Assembly: GCA_964016885.1 (NCBI GenBank)
Contig: OZ024742.1
Location: forward strand, 352,036,001 to 352,100,000
Direction: 5' to 3'
Length of the DNA stretch: 64,000 bases
Source of the DNA: Eledone cirrhosa
Taxonomy: Eukaryota
Under the pieces are notes generated by a model. The model did not search any database. It was not told the DNA's origin and saw only the letters and a list, made by a program, of their open reading frames with translations. Below, in pieces: positions 1-14,434 of the stretch. Numbering within the stretch: the stretch's first letter is position 1; the number at the start of each line of letters is the position of its first letter. Made by a program: the position numbers and the translations under genes.

Positions 1-179
1 GGGAATATTTAACTCCGTTTCTGCACAAGCCGCCGGACACATCACATTTGGCATGCAACACAACATAAATGGTATACACAGATACATGTCCGTCCCCTCC
101 CACACACACATATATACATATATCTATATATATATTGTTATACTTGGGGAGGGTTATATTGTAATGATATTACTAGAAA

Positions 180-252
180 TAATTTTTTCTACTTTAGGCA
201 CAAGGCCAGCAATTACCCAGTTCATTACTGGTACTTTATTTTATCGACCCCG
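180..252 (-). mobile_element. 3' fragment of tRNA-derived SINE (family S1)
   Basis: TTCTACTTTAGGCACAAGGCCAGCAAT...CATTACTGGTACTTTATTTTATCGACCCCGTA matches the full copies at 41773-41962 and 47903-48090. Confidence 0.75.
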
Positions 253-281
253 TATATATATATATATATATATATATACCG

Positions 282-590
282 TTCATGAGACATTGTCCAA
301 CTCGTGGCTATCAGCCAACTATTTTGCCGAATATTCCAGGCACTAGATCGCTCGAAATTGATCGACGAGATACGACTCCTCTCGCTTAATGAGATAGGTG
401 GAAATCCGACCAAGGAAAAACTGTTTCCATTGGTTTCTATTGCTGATAATATCTATCGGTCGCTCCTCCTGGCATACATAGCAACGTGAAATAAAGTGGC
501 TTACTCAAGGACATAACGCATCACCCGCTCTGAGAATTGAACTGCCAAACTCAAGGTTGTGAATATAATTATCTAACCACTGATCCAGGC
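282..590 (-). mobile_element. Old tRNA-derived SINE (family S2)
   Basis: Minus strand reads GCCTGGATCAGTGGTTAGA (A-box-like), GTTCAATTCT (B-box-like), then GCGTTATGTCCTTGAGTAAGCCACTTTTATTTCACGTTGCT. Similar head at 57600-57720. Confidence 0.55.
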
Positions 591-1372
591 ATTGTTAGAA
601 ATGTACAGGGAAACATGTCGCCGTGAAATTCTCAAAATTACTTTGCCTATATATCCAGAATACTCTCAATCCATAATACTTTATATTTCATACTTTTCTC
701 CCTTTCTCTCTCGCTCTCTCTTTCTCTCTCAATATTTCTCTCCCTCCCCCTCTCCTCGTCTCTTTCTCACTATCTGTGTCTCACTCTCTCTCTCCTCCTT
801 TCTCTCGCTGTTTCATTTCATTTCCTCCTAATCTCATAAAAATGCAAACAGATAAATATAATCACAGACACACACACAGAAACAATCACACATGGTAACA
901 TATCACACACATACACATAAACAAATACACATAAACACATACACATAAACATACACACATAAAAAGGGGCAGAAACCTACGCAAAAACACACATAAATAC
1001 GCACATACTTACACACACACACATGAACACATAACCATACACATACAAACGAAAACAACTCATTCACATATACACAGGAACACATACAAATTCAACACTA
1101 TATACACAGTCCTTCATACACAAATATATGCGAACAGTCATATACATACATATAAATACAGAGGTATACAATTATAACTACAGACACACACACATTAACT
1201 AACAGGCGCTCAAACACACTCAAACACATTTAAATACATACGCATACATGCAATCACACAAATACACACACACATTCTTTCAGAGCAAACATACATGTAC
1301 ACATACACACATACAGCCATGTTGTAAATGGATAATATTTAATATTGCCCAGAATTATATATATATTGATAC

Positions 1373-1435
<63 letters not shown>

Positions 1436-1486
1436 AGAAGCAGGTGAAAGTGAAAATTGAGAGAGACAAAGATGAAAACGAAACAG

Positions 1487-1530
<44 letters not shown>

Positions 1531-1546
1531 ACATGTATATATAAAC

Positions 1547-1588
<42 letters not shown>

Positions 1589-1594
<6 letters not shown>

Positions 1595-1949
1595 GTGAGG
1601 TTTTTTTTACAAAATGAAAAATAACCGAGGTGTTCTACACGAGTGAAAGTATAAAGAAAAAGAGATGAAATCGAAAATGCAACTGGAGTCTTATTTTTTT
1701 TTTTTTTAAATATATATATTTATTTTGTTCTCCTTTACCGGTTTCGCAGTTCTTCTGCTTTTCAAAAGGTGAGTTGAGATGGACCGTCTGTGGTTTTTCT
1801 CACATCTGAGAAAAACCACAGACCCTCCGTCTCAACTCACCTTTTGAAAAGCAGAAGAACTGCGAAACCGGTAAAGGAACGAAATAAATATATATATTTA
1901 AAAAAAAAATAAGACTCCAGTTGCATTTTCGACTTCATCTCTTTTTCTA
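1589..1949. mobile_element. Family A pseudo-LTR-like element in (TA)n, fold-back (arms ~1655-1802 and ~1807-1949)
   Basis: Near-perfect inverted repeat centred ~1804; the left arm carries an extra ~65-bp tail. Further copies at 1964-2163 and 28808-28980. Confidence 0.8.
1840..1877 (+). ncRNA. Minimal type I hammerhead-like motif, U3-A8 core (family A); mirror copy 1732-1769 on minus
   Basis: CCTT-TTGAAAA-GCAG(aagaa)CTGC-GAAA-CCGG-TA-AAGG: stem I CCTT/AAGG, stem II GCAG/CTGC, palindromic ACCGGT stem III, predicted GUA site. Confidence 0.6.
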
Positions 1950-1963
1950 TATATATATATATA

Positions 1964-2162
1964 TTAGAAAGTGACGTTTTTTTACAAAATGAAAAAAAAA
2001 AACAGGTGTCCTACACGACTGAAAGTATAAGAAAGATGAAATGGCACTAACAACTGGACTTTTTTTTTGTTTAAATATATAATTATTTGTTTCCTTTACC
2101 GGTTTCTCAGTTCTGCTTTTCAAAAGTAGAATTGAGATGTAGGGCTAGTGTTTTTCTTTTTT

Positions 2163-2163
<1 letters not shown>
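1964..2163 (-). mobile_element. Second, diverged family A copy with decayed HHR (~2092-2126)
   Basis: Same start TTAGAAAGTGA..TTTTTTACAAAATGAAAAA and CCTTTACCGGTTTCTCAGTTCTGCTTTTCAAAAG. Confidence 0.7.
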
Positions 2164-2211
<48 letters not shown>

Positions 2212-2214
<3 letters not shown>

Positions 2215-2910
2215 ACGAAACATAAGTAAATTGCATGAACTCCTAATCCTTTATTTACTGCTATTTATATTTCAATGATAGCCATTGAATGGCTATGACC
2301 TCATCAGGCAATTAGTCAGTTCTTAGATATGCCAGCTCTGTGTTTATGGTGTTGATGGTATCAGAGCCTTGGGACATATGAGCTTGTTAGGAATAATTTA
2401 ATGTTGTCAGCAGGAATAGTGTTAATTCTCATTGGTCAGTTTGTAGATGCTAGTAGGCTTTGTATCTGACCTCAAAGAAGCATGTGGGGTTGTAAAGTTC
2501 AATCCGCCAGGAAAGTTGACAGTAGTTGCATATGACTGATTTTCACAAAAAGCATTCTTGGTCAGATATATATTCAATTAAGGTTAATACTATGAAATAT
2601 ATACTACAGGTCATTCTTAAGTTGAGGAATTTATGTGGAGTGGTGCTACTGAAAATTATGGTTAGAGTAGAACACTTACAAATAAAAAGACTTCTGTTGG
2701 TTGGCTTGCACGCACACTCACACCCACCTCCACAGATACACACACACACATCCACACATACAAATTGAGGAATTAATGTGGGGTGGTAATACTTAAAATA
2801 ATGGTTAGAGTCAAATACTTAGATAAAAGGTTTATGTTGGTTGACATGTACATACACTCACACCTACCTTCTCAGAGACACACACATCTACACACACAAA
2901 TCCATACAAT
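2212..2910 (-). mobile_element. Probable 3' non-coding end of a Penelope-like element (family D), with an internal ~143-bp tandem duplication (2620-2910)
   Basis: Ends in HHR + AATAAA + short tail abutting (TA)n. The same terminus (CAGTAAATAAAGGATTA.GAGTTCATGCAATT.ACTTATGTTTCGTC) recurs at ~42910-42960. Confidence 0.55.
2257..2312 (-). ncRNA. Type I hammerhead-like motif (family D)
   Basis: ATTGC-CTGATGA-ggtcATAGCCA(ttcaa)TGGCTATcatt-GAAA-tataaa-TA-GCAGT. Confidence 0.6.
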
Positions 2911-2939
2911 TGTGTATATATATATATATGTACGCACAA

Positions 2940-2979
<40 letters not shown>

Positions 2980-3001
2980 CATATATATACACAAATCATA
3001 C

Positions 3002-3058
<57 letters not shown>

Positions 3059-3202
3059 CATATATACATACAATATATATATACATATAAAATACATATA
3101 TATATAAAATATACATACACACATATATATAAAATACACATATACACTTATATATATATACATAAAATAAACACATATACACATATAAGATATATACATA
3201 TA

Positions 3203-3279
<77 letters not shown>

Positions 3280-3399
3280 CAGGTTCAATAAAACCTTGTT
3301 TTGATAACTCCTATCCAGTAGAGGATCCGGTGGACCATCCACCATAGGGACCACACACTATGGCCGGTTGTTGTTGTCCATTGGTCATTGGTACGGGGT

Positions 3400-3918
3400 G
3401 TAGGGGACCTACAGGGGGGGGGAGGCCTCAACCGGGATTTATCCATAAAGCTTGAGGAAAGTTGCCGTCCTTAGGTGTCTGCAGGCACCGAATAAGTCGG
3501 CCCTTCCGTTTAATAGTTTCGTTCCGCCATGAAGTATCTCGAGTGTCTCACTAGACAGAGCTTGCAAATACCAGACGCACCTCTGTCTGGGGGAACCTTT
3601 CTAGCCACGGACCAGACCAAGTTTGAGCTCCCAGATCAATTCAGAAAGGGCCGTACATTTTCTCTTATCTATTCTGTTAAAGGAATGGCGATTGTTATAC
3701 AACCGATCTTTGAAGCTCATCGCTGTGGATCCTATGTAGTGGTGCTCCGAGTTAGGGGTTGTGACCTTGCACCTGTAGATTACATTGTTCGTCATGCATT
3801 CATTACTAAGGGGGCATAGTGGTGGGTCTCTACAATTACATGACTTCTTAAGCCCCACCACATGTACCACGTGGTTACCATCACTCGGGGTTGGCCGGGT
3901 AGCCTCCACAATCAGCAC
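3400..3918 (-). pseudogene. GIY-YIG endonuclease domain of the Penelope-like element
   Basis: SCNCRDPPLCPLSNECMTNNVIYRCKVTTPNSEHHYIGSTAMSFKDRLYNNRHSF..TALSELIWELK, then frameshifted GICKLCL..ETLEILHGGTKLLNGRADLFGACRH. Confidence 0.88.
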
Positions 3919-4670
3919 AGAGTCGTTGGGTTCCGGTGTGCTAGTTGGGCATGTCTCGTTTCCGGTGCGTCCCGCGTGCTAGTCCTGTTGGGTGGCTCCG
4001 GGGATTACGGTGGTATTAGAGGCAGTGAGCCTATTCCTATTTATGCCAGCTATGTGCTGGGCTACGGTGCGTGCGGTTGAGTAGGAAAGCTTCACCGTGT
4101 GCCTGTTGAATATTTTATGGTACTTGTGGGCCCTAGGGAAACATTTCTCCAGTACTCTAAAAATGTTCTAGCCAGGCTGGTACGTAGACCCACCGAGTAC
4201 GGAGGATTATACCATGTGACCTTCCTGGTCCTATTCTTGCGGGGTTGTTGGGTGTCCGCCGTGGTCCATAGCGTGGTTGTGCACAGATCAGGTCGAGCTC
4301 GGTTGGTGTCACTCAGGTGTGCGAAGCGGTCACTATCATGAGGGTTATATTGGCCCACTCTGGGGCTATAAACCTGCGAGGTGCGGCCTCCCTGCTCAAT
4401 TAGGGTACGGCGGGTGGTGGGACCAGTGCAGGGGTGCCTATGCTCCGTAGCAGTGTGGTCTTCAGCGTCGTACGTATTAGACCGGTGGGGTATGCGGTAT
4501 CTTCTACCCGGGGTTGATAACGGATAGGGGTCTGGGAGTGTTACTACAGGTCACCGAGGTATTAGTTGGGCGACTCATGGCCCTGAGGGTATTGGTCCGG
4601 AGTATCCTTGGGTCATCTAGATCATGTCCCTTAGGGTTGTAGCTGATCCTGTGGCTGTGGGACGCCTTGG

Positions 4671-6044
4671 CTAGCGCTGAGTTATAGTAATCAGCGTTAC
4701 TATTGAAGATCTCTTTATTGGCCGACAAGTTAGAGATCCTACAGCCTTAACTATAGATCTAGAGTGATTGGACCCAGCGTTGATATACACCAGCTTCTCA
4801 TTGGGTTTATGATATGGGTGGTGTAGCTTGGTGATGAGGTTGAATGTGGTGTCCAGGAAAGTCACTACTTTTCTATTGGCTTCCATCTCTACTTTAAGTC
4901 CTACCTCGCTAAAGAAGTGCCTAATTCCCCTCTTCATATGTTCTACCATTGTGGTGCTGTTGTCCACTACGGTGAAGAGTGCGTCGTCTCGATACAGGCC
5001 CCCTCTCGGGTTGGGTATTTCTCTCCTGATCTCGTAGAGTATGTATATCCCAATCAAGTCCTTTAGCTGCGCGGAGTCACTGGAGCTCATTGTAATGTCA
5101 ATATGATTTGGCCAGTCGCTCCGGTTCCATATGTCTCCACCGAATCGGATCAGGGTCTTTCTGGCGGCATGTATGATTCGGACCTCGTTGTATGTTAGGT
5201 CTGTCCTATTCATCGCGAATATGAGTGCCTTGTTCAGGACTATGGGCGAGATAGAGGAGTAGTAATTGTTGATGTCTAGTTGTATGAATCTAGTCCTATG
5301 TTTGTCAGGTAAACATGTAAACCAGTCCAGCACCGGACTGGTGCAGGACCAGAGTGGTAACCTTATTTTACTCTTAACTGTGGGCAGAATCCTATCTAAA
5401 ATACTTTTGCTAATAACCCCGGGATGGGCTATCAGTCTGACCGGCAGGTTAGACTCGAAGTTTTGTTTGTGGTCCTTAATGGTAATCCTCGGCTCCCTTG
5501 GTTGGTATGGGGCCGTCCTATCATCTATACCAAGACCAGATACTATCTCATAAGCCTTGATGTTGATATCCTCCAGGGTAGCCTCGGGCGGTTTTTTGTA
5601 GCTATTTCTCAATTCCCAGAGGATTAGCTCATGGTAAAGTTGAACGTCCATGGTGTAAAGGTTGTTGGTTTCGTCGGCATGGACGAGTATTCCTGTAGAT
5701 TCCTTAAGCTCGGTAATTCCATTATCCAGTCGTCTAATGTACTCTCGACCCCGGTATGGTTGGTCGGAAAATTTGATGTTGGAAATGATGCCAATCATTT
5801 CGTTCTCGAACTCTTCCAATAGTCTGTTGTGTGTGTGTGTGTGTGTGTGTTTATTTCTTGATCTGAAGAAGCACTCCATGTTTTTTTGGTTATTAATATT
5901 GTGGTTTCCTCTATCAAAGTGGTAAGCCCTCCACCTCATCCTGCGTATTTAAGAGTCAGTACTCTTAGTGGGATTCCTGATGTATTCTCTTTTACCCGGA
6001 AATGGGATGTCCTTCAGTGATGCCAGCGTGGTGAGTTTATTCAT
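4671..6044 (-). pseudogene. Penelope-like reverse transcriptase domain
   Basis: ATG at 6044 (MNKLTTLASLKDIPFPG...) is in frame with the 4671-5939 ORF but interrupted by TAA at codon 32. YRDD catalytic motif; in-frame (CA)n insert at ~5829-5850; frameshift near 4735. Confidence 0.9.
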
Positions 6045-6130
6045 ATTGGCTGCGGTCCGCTACTGTATGAAGCGCTCAACAGGGTGTGGAGCATGGGGTC
6101 AGCAAGAAAGTAAGTGTTGGTAAAATACTT

Positions 6131-6658
<528 letters not shown>

Positions 6659-6750
6659 TCAGGAATACTGTCATTCAATGTTCCGAATTTTCTTGGCCGT
6701 CTTTCTATCAATCTCATTAACAAGTTTGATTCCCAGTCAGCCCCTGCACT

Positions 6751-6853
<103 letters not shown>

Positions 6854-7021
6854 GTCTCTCTCTCTCTCTCATTATCTCTCTATCTTTCACTCTCTCTCTC
6901 TCTCGGTATCTCTCTATCACTCTCTCCGTTCTCTCTTCCCCCCTTTTACTCTTGTTTAGAGTCTTTCCCTACAACATATACATACACACGCACACAATCA
7001 CACACACACACACGCACACAA

Positions 7022-7069
<48 letters not shown>

Positions 7070-7161
7070 ACACACACACACATATATATATATACCTAAC
7101 GCCATTAGTAACTGTACTCCTTGTTGTTATTTACTTTTACAATATACATATATATATATAT

Positions 7162-7373
7162 AACGAAGTAAGTGTGGTAAGGAATAAGATGAACCATAAG
7201 GAATAAGATGGACCATAACGCACGAGGATACTCATTACATAGGGTAGTTGAGTGGATAATAGGAAAATGTTTAACCCCGACGGCAGAGCTCAAGTCGTTT
7301 CGACGGCTATTTTCTGGGCTGAATTAGCCGTCGAAACTGCTCGAGATCTGCCGTCGGGGTTAAACATTTGCCT
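7162..7373. mobile_element. Family B short fold-back element
   Basis: AACGAAG..TAGGAAAATGTTTAACCCCGACGGCAGAGCTCAAGTCGTTTCGACGGCTA / TAGCCGTCGAAAC..GCCGTCGGGGTTAAACATTTGCCTA; at least 9 family members in the window. Confidence 0.85.
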
Positions 7374-7384
7374 ATATATATACA

Positions 7385-7469
<85 letters not shown>

Positions 7470-7615
7470 TAATTATATATGTATATATATATATAAATAT
7501 TGATACACGGGTGTGTATGATTGTGTATAGAAGATTATATTAATAAAAGGAATTCCAACTTTGTGTGATTTACTTTCACTTGAAAATTGCAAACTTGACT
7601 GTCACCACGGAATAT

Positions 7616-7652
7616 GAACCTGAAGATTGCGAAAGCATGAACGTACTTGTTC
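7616..7652 (+). ncRNA. Minimal hammerhead-like motif inside a ~235-bp element (7535-7770) with short inverted ends
   Basis: GAAC-CTGAAGA-tTGC(gaaa)GCAt-GAAc-GTAC-TT-GTTC; one core substitution (GAAA>GAAC), palindromic GTAC loop III. Confidence 0.55.
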
Positions 7653-7794
7653 AATTAGCACTTAACATTTAATATTCTACCATACTGTTTCATTATAATA
7701 CGATTATAATTTTAAAGGATTGTAAATAAAATGAATAAATTAGTCAAAGCTGGGATTCCTTTTATCAATATATATATATATATATATATGTATA

Positions 7795-8268
<474 letters not shown>

Positions 8269-8294
8269 CCTCCTTATAATTTCACACACTCACA

Positions 8295-8330
<36 letters not shown>

Positions 8331-8489
8331 ACATATACATACACTCTCACACAGAGTCACACTCACACCCACACAGACATATCTCCATTTCCATCTCTGT
8401 CAACGTCTATCTCTTGTCTCTTTTTCCACATATCTTCGCATAGCATGACATAACATTCAAACACGAACACACATACACATCAGTGCACA

Positions 8490-9589
8490 TACACGCGCAT
8501 CTCTCTCTGTCACAGTCACACAGTAGCACACACACACACACACATCTCTCTCTGTCACAGTCACACAGTAGCACACACACACACACACATCTCTCTATGT
8601 TACAGTCACACAGTAGCACACACACACGCGCATCTCTCTCTGTCACAGTCACACAGTAGCACACACACACACACACTCCCACACACACACACACTTTCAC
8701 ACATATCACTCTCTGTCACCGTCACACAGTAACACAGTAGCACACACAAACACACACACACATACACACATCTCTCTATGTTACAGTCACACAGTAGCAC
8801 ACACACACACACACATCTCTCTCTGTCACAGTCACACAGTAGCACACACACACACACACATCTCTCTATGTTACAGTCACACAGTAGCACACACACACAC
8901 ACGTCTCTCTCTGTCACAGTCACACAGTAGCACACACACACACACTCACACACACACACACACACACTTTCACACATATCACTCTCTGTCACAGTCACAC
9001 AGTAACACAGTAGCACACACACACACACACACACATACACACATCTCTCTATGTTACAGTCACACAGTAGCACACACACACACATCTCTCTCTGTCACAG
9101 TCACACAGTAGCACACACACACACACACACACATCTCTATGTTACAGTCACACAGTAGCACACACACACACACATCTCTCTCTGTTACAGTCACACAGTA
9201 GCACACACACACACACATCTCTCTCTGTCACAGTCACACAGTAGCACATACACACACACATCTCTCTCTGTTACAGTCACACAGTAGCACATACACACAC
9301 ACATCTCTCTCTGTTACAGTCACACAGTAGCACACACACACACACACACATCTCTCTCTGTTACAGTCACACAGTAGCACACACACACACACACTCACAC
9401 ACACACAGACACACACACTTTCACACATCTCTCTCTGTCACAGTCACACAGTAGCACACACACACACATCTCTCTCTCTGTCACAGTCACACACTAGCAC
9501 ACACACACACACACACACATCTCTCTCTGTCACAGTCACACAGTAGCACACACACACACACACATTTCTCTTTGTTACACTCACACAGT

Positions 9590-9626
<37 letters not shown>

Positions 9627-11095
9627 CTCTCTGTCACAGTCACACAGTAGCACACACACACATCTCTCTCTGTCACAGTCACACAGTAGCACACACACAC
9701 ATCTCTCTCTGTCACAGTCACACAGTAGCACACACACACACACACACACACATTTCTCTCTGTCACCGTCACACAGTAGGACACACACACACACACACAT
9801 CTCTCTCTGTCACCGTCACACAGTAGCACACACACATTTTTCTATGTCACAGTCACACAGTAGCACACACACACACATCTCTCTCTGTCACAGGCATACA
9901 ATAACACACACACACACACACCTATCTATCTATATCACAGTCAAACCGTAACACACACACGCACATCTCGCTCTGTCGCAGTCACACGGTAGCACACACA
10001 CACATGTCTCTGTGTCACAGTCACACAGTAACACACACACATACACACATCTCTTTCTGTCACTCTAGCACAGTAACACACACACACATCTCTCTCTGTC
10101 AGAGTCATACAGTAACACACACACATACTCACACACATCTTTCTCTGTCACATTCACACCGTAACACACACACACACACACATCTCTCTCTGTCACAGTC
10201 ACACAATAACAGACACACATCTCTTTCTGTCACAGTTACACAGTAACACACACACACACACATCTCTCTATGTCACAGTTACACAGTAACAGACACACAT
10301 ATCTATCTGTCACAGTTACACAGTAACACACAGACACACATATCTCTCTGTCACTGTGGCACCGTACCACACACACACATCTCTCTCTGTCACAATCACT
10401 CAGTAACCAACACACACCCATCTCTCTCTGTCACAGTAGAACACCCACACATCTCTCTCTGTCTCTGTAGCACCGTAACACACACACACACATCTCTCTC
10501 TCTGTCACACTCACACCGTAACACACACCCACATCTCTCTCTGTCACACAGTAACACACACACACACATATCTCCCCGTCACAGTCACACAGTAGCACAC
10601 ACACACACACGTCTCTCGCTGTCACAATTACACAGTAACACACACACACACATCTATCTATGTCACTGTAGCACCGTAACACGCACACACACACACGCAT
10701 CTCTCTGCCACACTCACACAGTAACACACACACACACACACATCTATCTCTCTGTCACAGTCACACAGTAACACACATACATCTCTCCGTCACAGTCACA
10801 CAGTAACACAAACACACACATCTCTCTCTGTCACAGTAGAACACACACATCTCTCTCTGTCACAGTAGAACACACACATCTCTCTCTGTCAGAGTAGAAC
10901 ACACACATCTCTCTCTGTCACTGTAGCACCGTAACACACACACATACACACATACACACACATCTCTCTCTCTGTCAGAGTCACACAGTAACACACACAC
11001 ACATCTCTCTCTGTCACAGTCAAACAGTACTACACACACACACATATATATATATCCCTCTGTTACATTCACACTGTAGCACGCACCCACACACA
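8490..11095. repeat. Composite minisatellite, unit ~35-50 bp: (TC)n-TGTCACAGTCACACAGTAG-(CA)n
   Basis: Dozens of tandem units with a fixed core and variable (CA)n/(TC)n length. Confidence 0.95.
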
Positions 11096-11192
11096 TATAT
11101 ATGTTTAACTGTAGATAGCTTCCTATCTGTTATGAACATAACTCTGTTGAATACTTATCAGCAAAGCATATGACTCATCGTTTATATATATA

Positions 11193-11475
11193 TAGTTATG
11201 TAATAAACAACATAAGGCAATTATTCCGGTTACAGAAGGTTTCACGAAGGCAGACGAGTTCGGCATAGACGTCTGTAATCGTTCATCAGAATGAAATATA
11301 TATATTTATAAATTTAATTGTGACGAACGATTTCAGACGTATGTGCCGAACTCGTCTGTCTTCGTGAAACCTTTGTTATATGGAATAATTGTCTTATGAT
11401 GTTTATTACATAACTAAATAGCACTGTAGCCTACATAGAGCACTCTCCTTTCATTTACCTTTCCTACGGAAACAC

Positions 11476-11479
<4 letters not shown>
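11193..11479. mobile_element. Family C fold-back element with two HHR-like motifs (11227-11293 minus, 11316-11382 plus)
   Basis: Minus: CATT-CTGATGA-ACGAttaCAGACG..CGTCTGcctTCGT-GAAA-ccttctg-TA. The tail matches 6277-6345. Confidence 0.75.
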
Positions 11480-11517
<38 letters not shown>

Positions 11518-11527
11518 TATTTATATA

Positions 11528-11651
<124 letters not shown>

Positions 11652-11689
11652 AATATATATATATATAATTAAATACATATATTTTGAAA

Positions 11690-11908
11690 TATACAATTGA
11701 ATCTCTCCCAAGGTAACTCTCTCTCGTGTTGTTATTTTTATTTTTATCCTTTACGCTCTTTCCTTCATTCCTCTACACGTCTTATACACGCCACGCATTT
11801 CAACGAACACCGACTTACATCTCTCTCTCCACCACCGGATCGTGTTACCTGGAGATTTACCCATATGCATTGTCGAGGCTTCCGAACGACTTAAAGAAAT
11901 TAACCATA
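11690..11908 (+). repeat. Interspersed repeat; reverse-complement copy at 46378-46606
   Basis: The spurious ORF translations are near identical ([32 protein letters not shown]). Confidence 0.75.
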
Positions 11909-11919
11909 TATATATATAT

Positions 11920-12430
11920 TTATTAAAATAACAGATTAAATTTTAAACAAAGAATCGCTGCTTTCACCGTTAACGGGATCTTCTGAAACTGACAAAGTCA
12001 ATCTGTAAACCAGAAGTGAATATTAAAAAAAAAACCGTTGCAACCGGAGGAAGACAGGAAGACGATACTTTGGTTCGTGGAAACGTTCCCTGGCAAAGAA
12101 CGGGAAAAAACGAATATACGTCATTATTTGGAGCAGTGTAAAACAATTACACGCAAAGGCAGAACCACGTTTACGGTATAAAAGAAGTCGTAGACTAATA
12201 TTCTCTTAGTGGATCATAGTGACGTTCTCTGGCAATGAACGGGAAAAAAAACAAAGATAAGACGTCATATGTGGAGCGTGGAGAACAATTGCACGCAAAG
12301 ACAAAACCACGTGAATAGTATAACTGAAGTCGTAGACTAAAATTCTAACTAGGAAACCGAATGATCCTCCGCTTCAGATTTAAGAATAAAGAAAATAAAA
12401 TACAGATGTAATTGAAATTAAATAGATACA
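11920..12430. repeat. Interspersed repeat with an internal ~145-bp duplication; copies at 44484-44990, 43780-44060 and fragment 23260-23345
   Basis: Shared AAATAACAGATTAAA..GAATCGCTGCTTTCACC.TTAACGGGATCTTCTGAAACT and repeated ACGTTC.CTGGCAA.GAAC..GAAGTCGTAGACTA blocks. Confidence 0.75.
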
Positions 12431-12552
12431 TACACGCATCCAAATACGTACATACAAAAGCATACGCGAAAACACTCGCGATAGGTATACAAAACACGCA
12501 CATATAAATATGTGTGTGTGTGTGTGCATGTATACAAATAATTAAATAAACG

Positions 12553-12612
<60 letters not shown>

Positions 12613-12615
<3 letters not shown>

Positions 12616-12663
12616 TATGTATGTATACGTACATACATATATATATACAGACGTACAGTAGCA

Positions 12664-12725
<62 letters not shown>

Positions 12726-13153
12726 CATGTACACATACATATATATACGTATCAATTTAACGGACGTTTATTATAACGCCCGCTTTGTCCGTTTGTAAAC
12801 AAACTGACAGCCTGGATTTATGCCGTACGGTGTAAAGGCAACCACGTCACCTTTTGTACAAAACTGACACAGGAACGACGTACGAGTTTCAAGCTTCTTA
12901 GCTATAATCAGCACCGTATACCCTTCTGCCAGATGGTTGAACGTTCGAAAGTATATACTTTCCTTATGAAAATTAACGGCTGAGCAGCATAATTTGCCTA
13001 TCGAGTGAGTTCACTCGGCCAGGCGCACTGAAAACGATCAGTTGTAATAAAATGAAAACGAAATTTCATTTCTCACTCTTAATACGTCACCTACTTAAAT
13101 GTAAGTATGTATGTATACGTACATACATATATGTATACATACGTACAGTAGCA

Positions 13154-13197
<44 letters not shown>

Positions 13198-13350
13198 CAG
13201 GTACACATACATATATGTACGTATCAAAAACGTGGTTGCCTTAACACCGTACTTCATAAATTCAGGCTGTCAGTTTGTTTACAAACGGACAAAGCGGGCG
13301 TTATAATAAACGTCCGCTAAATTGAGACGTACATATATGTATGTGTACCT
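12613..13350. mobile_element. ~490-bp partial tandem unit with inverted end and decayed HHR (12875-12917, minus); relative of the 466-bp unit
   Basis: AAGTATGTATGTATACGTACATAC at 12613 and ~13103; 13230-13345 is the reverse complement of 12725-12845. Fragments also at 52775-52995 and 57080-57350. Confidence 0.65.
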
Positions 13351-13363
13351 GTATGTATATATG

Positions 13364-13420
<57 letters not shown>

Positions 13421-13707
13421 AAATAACGAAACGAAATTAAATTTCGTTTCGTTTGTAACTAACTTTTGTATGACTGACGCTTAAACAATTAAGTTAAAAA
13501 TGTACATCCATATATGTATACTGAAATACTAGTATGCATATGAATACACACACGTATACATATATAGATGTACCAAGTCTTTCACTGGTTACTTTACTGT
13601 GAGTATCCAGCTATTCTGTATGTAAACACACGGACAAACCGGTTTTTAGAGTCATACTGGTTTTTGAGGAAACACCTTTCCTCTATTCTCTAGAAAGCCA
13701 GACAAGG

Positions 13708-13752
13708 AATATTGAACTAGTTTCGTTCTTGTTACAACTCATCAGCAATATT
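13708..13752 (-). ncRNA. Minimal type I hammerhead, array copy 1
   Basis: AATATTG-CTGATGA-GTTgtaacaagAAC-GAAA-CTAG-TT-CAATATT. Confidence 0.75.
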
Positions 13753-14173
13753 TACCTATCTACCGGCCCTTCTGGAGAATCGTAAAAGCACATATCGGTA
13801 TATGCCTTTTCTATGAAAATTAGTAGTGGGCAGACTAATTTGCATAGAGTGTGAGTACGTACCGGTTCAACGGAGACGATAAAAACAAATAACGAAACGA
13901 AATTAAATTTCGTTTCGTTTGTAACTCACATTTGTATGACTGACGCTTAAACAATTAAGTTAAAAATGTACATCCATATATGTATACTGAAATACTAGTA
14001 TGCATATGAATACACACACGTATACATATATAGATGTACCAAGTCTTTCACTGGTTACTTTACTGTGAGTATCCAGCTATTCTGTATGTAAACACACAGA
14101 CAAACCGGTTTTTAGATTCATACTGGTTTTTGAGGAAACACCTTTCCTTTATTCTCCAGAAAGCCAGACAAGG

Positions 14174-14218
14174 AATATTGAACTAGTTTCGTTGTTGTTA
14201 CAACTCATCAGCAATATT
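14174..14218 (-). ncRNA. Minimal type I hammerhead, array copy 2 (best fold)
   Basis: AATATTG-CTGATGA-GTTGT(aaca)ACAAC-GAAA-CTAG-TT-CAATATT: 7-bp stem I, 5-bp stem II, palindromic AACTAGTT stem III. Confidence 0.82.
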
Positions 14219-14389
14219 TACCTATCTACCGGCCCTTCTGGAGAATCATAAAAGCACATATCTTTGTATGCTTTTTCTATGAAAATTAGTAGTGGGCAGA
14301 CTAATTTGCATAGAGTGTGAGTACGTACCGGTTCAACGGAGACGATAAAAACAAATAACGAAACGAAATTAAAGGCCGGTAGATGGGTA

Positions 14390-14434
14390 AATATTGCTGA
14401 TGAGTTGTAACAAAAACGAAACTAGTTCAATATT
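14390..14434 (+). ncRNA. Minimal type I hammerhead, array copy 3
   Basis: AATATTG-CTGATGA-GTTgtaacaaaAAC-GAAA-CTAG-TT-CAATATT. Confidence 0.75.

Noticed and set aside
8490-11095. CRISPR-like repeat-spacer appearance
   Set aside because: The 'spacers' are only variable-length (CA)n/(TC)n; eukaryotic context and no cas genes.
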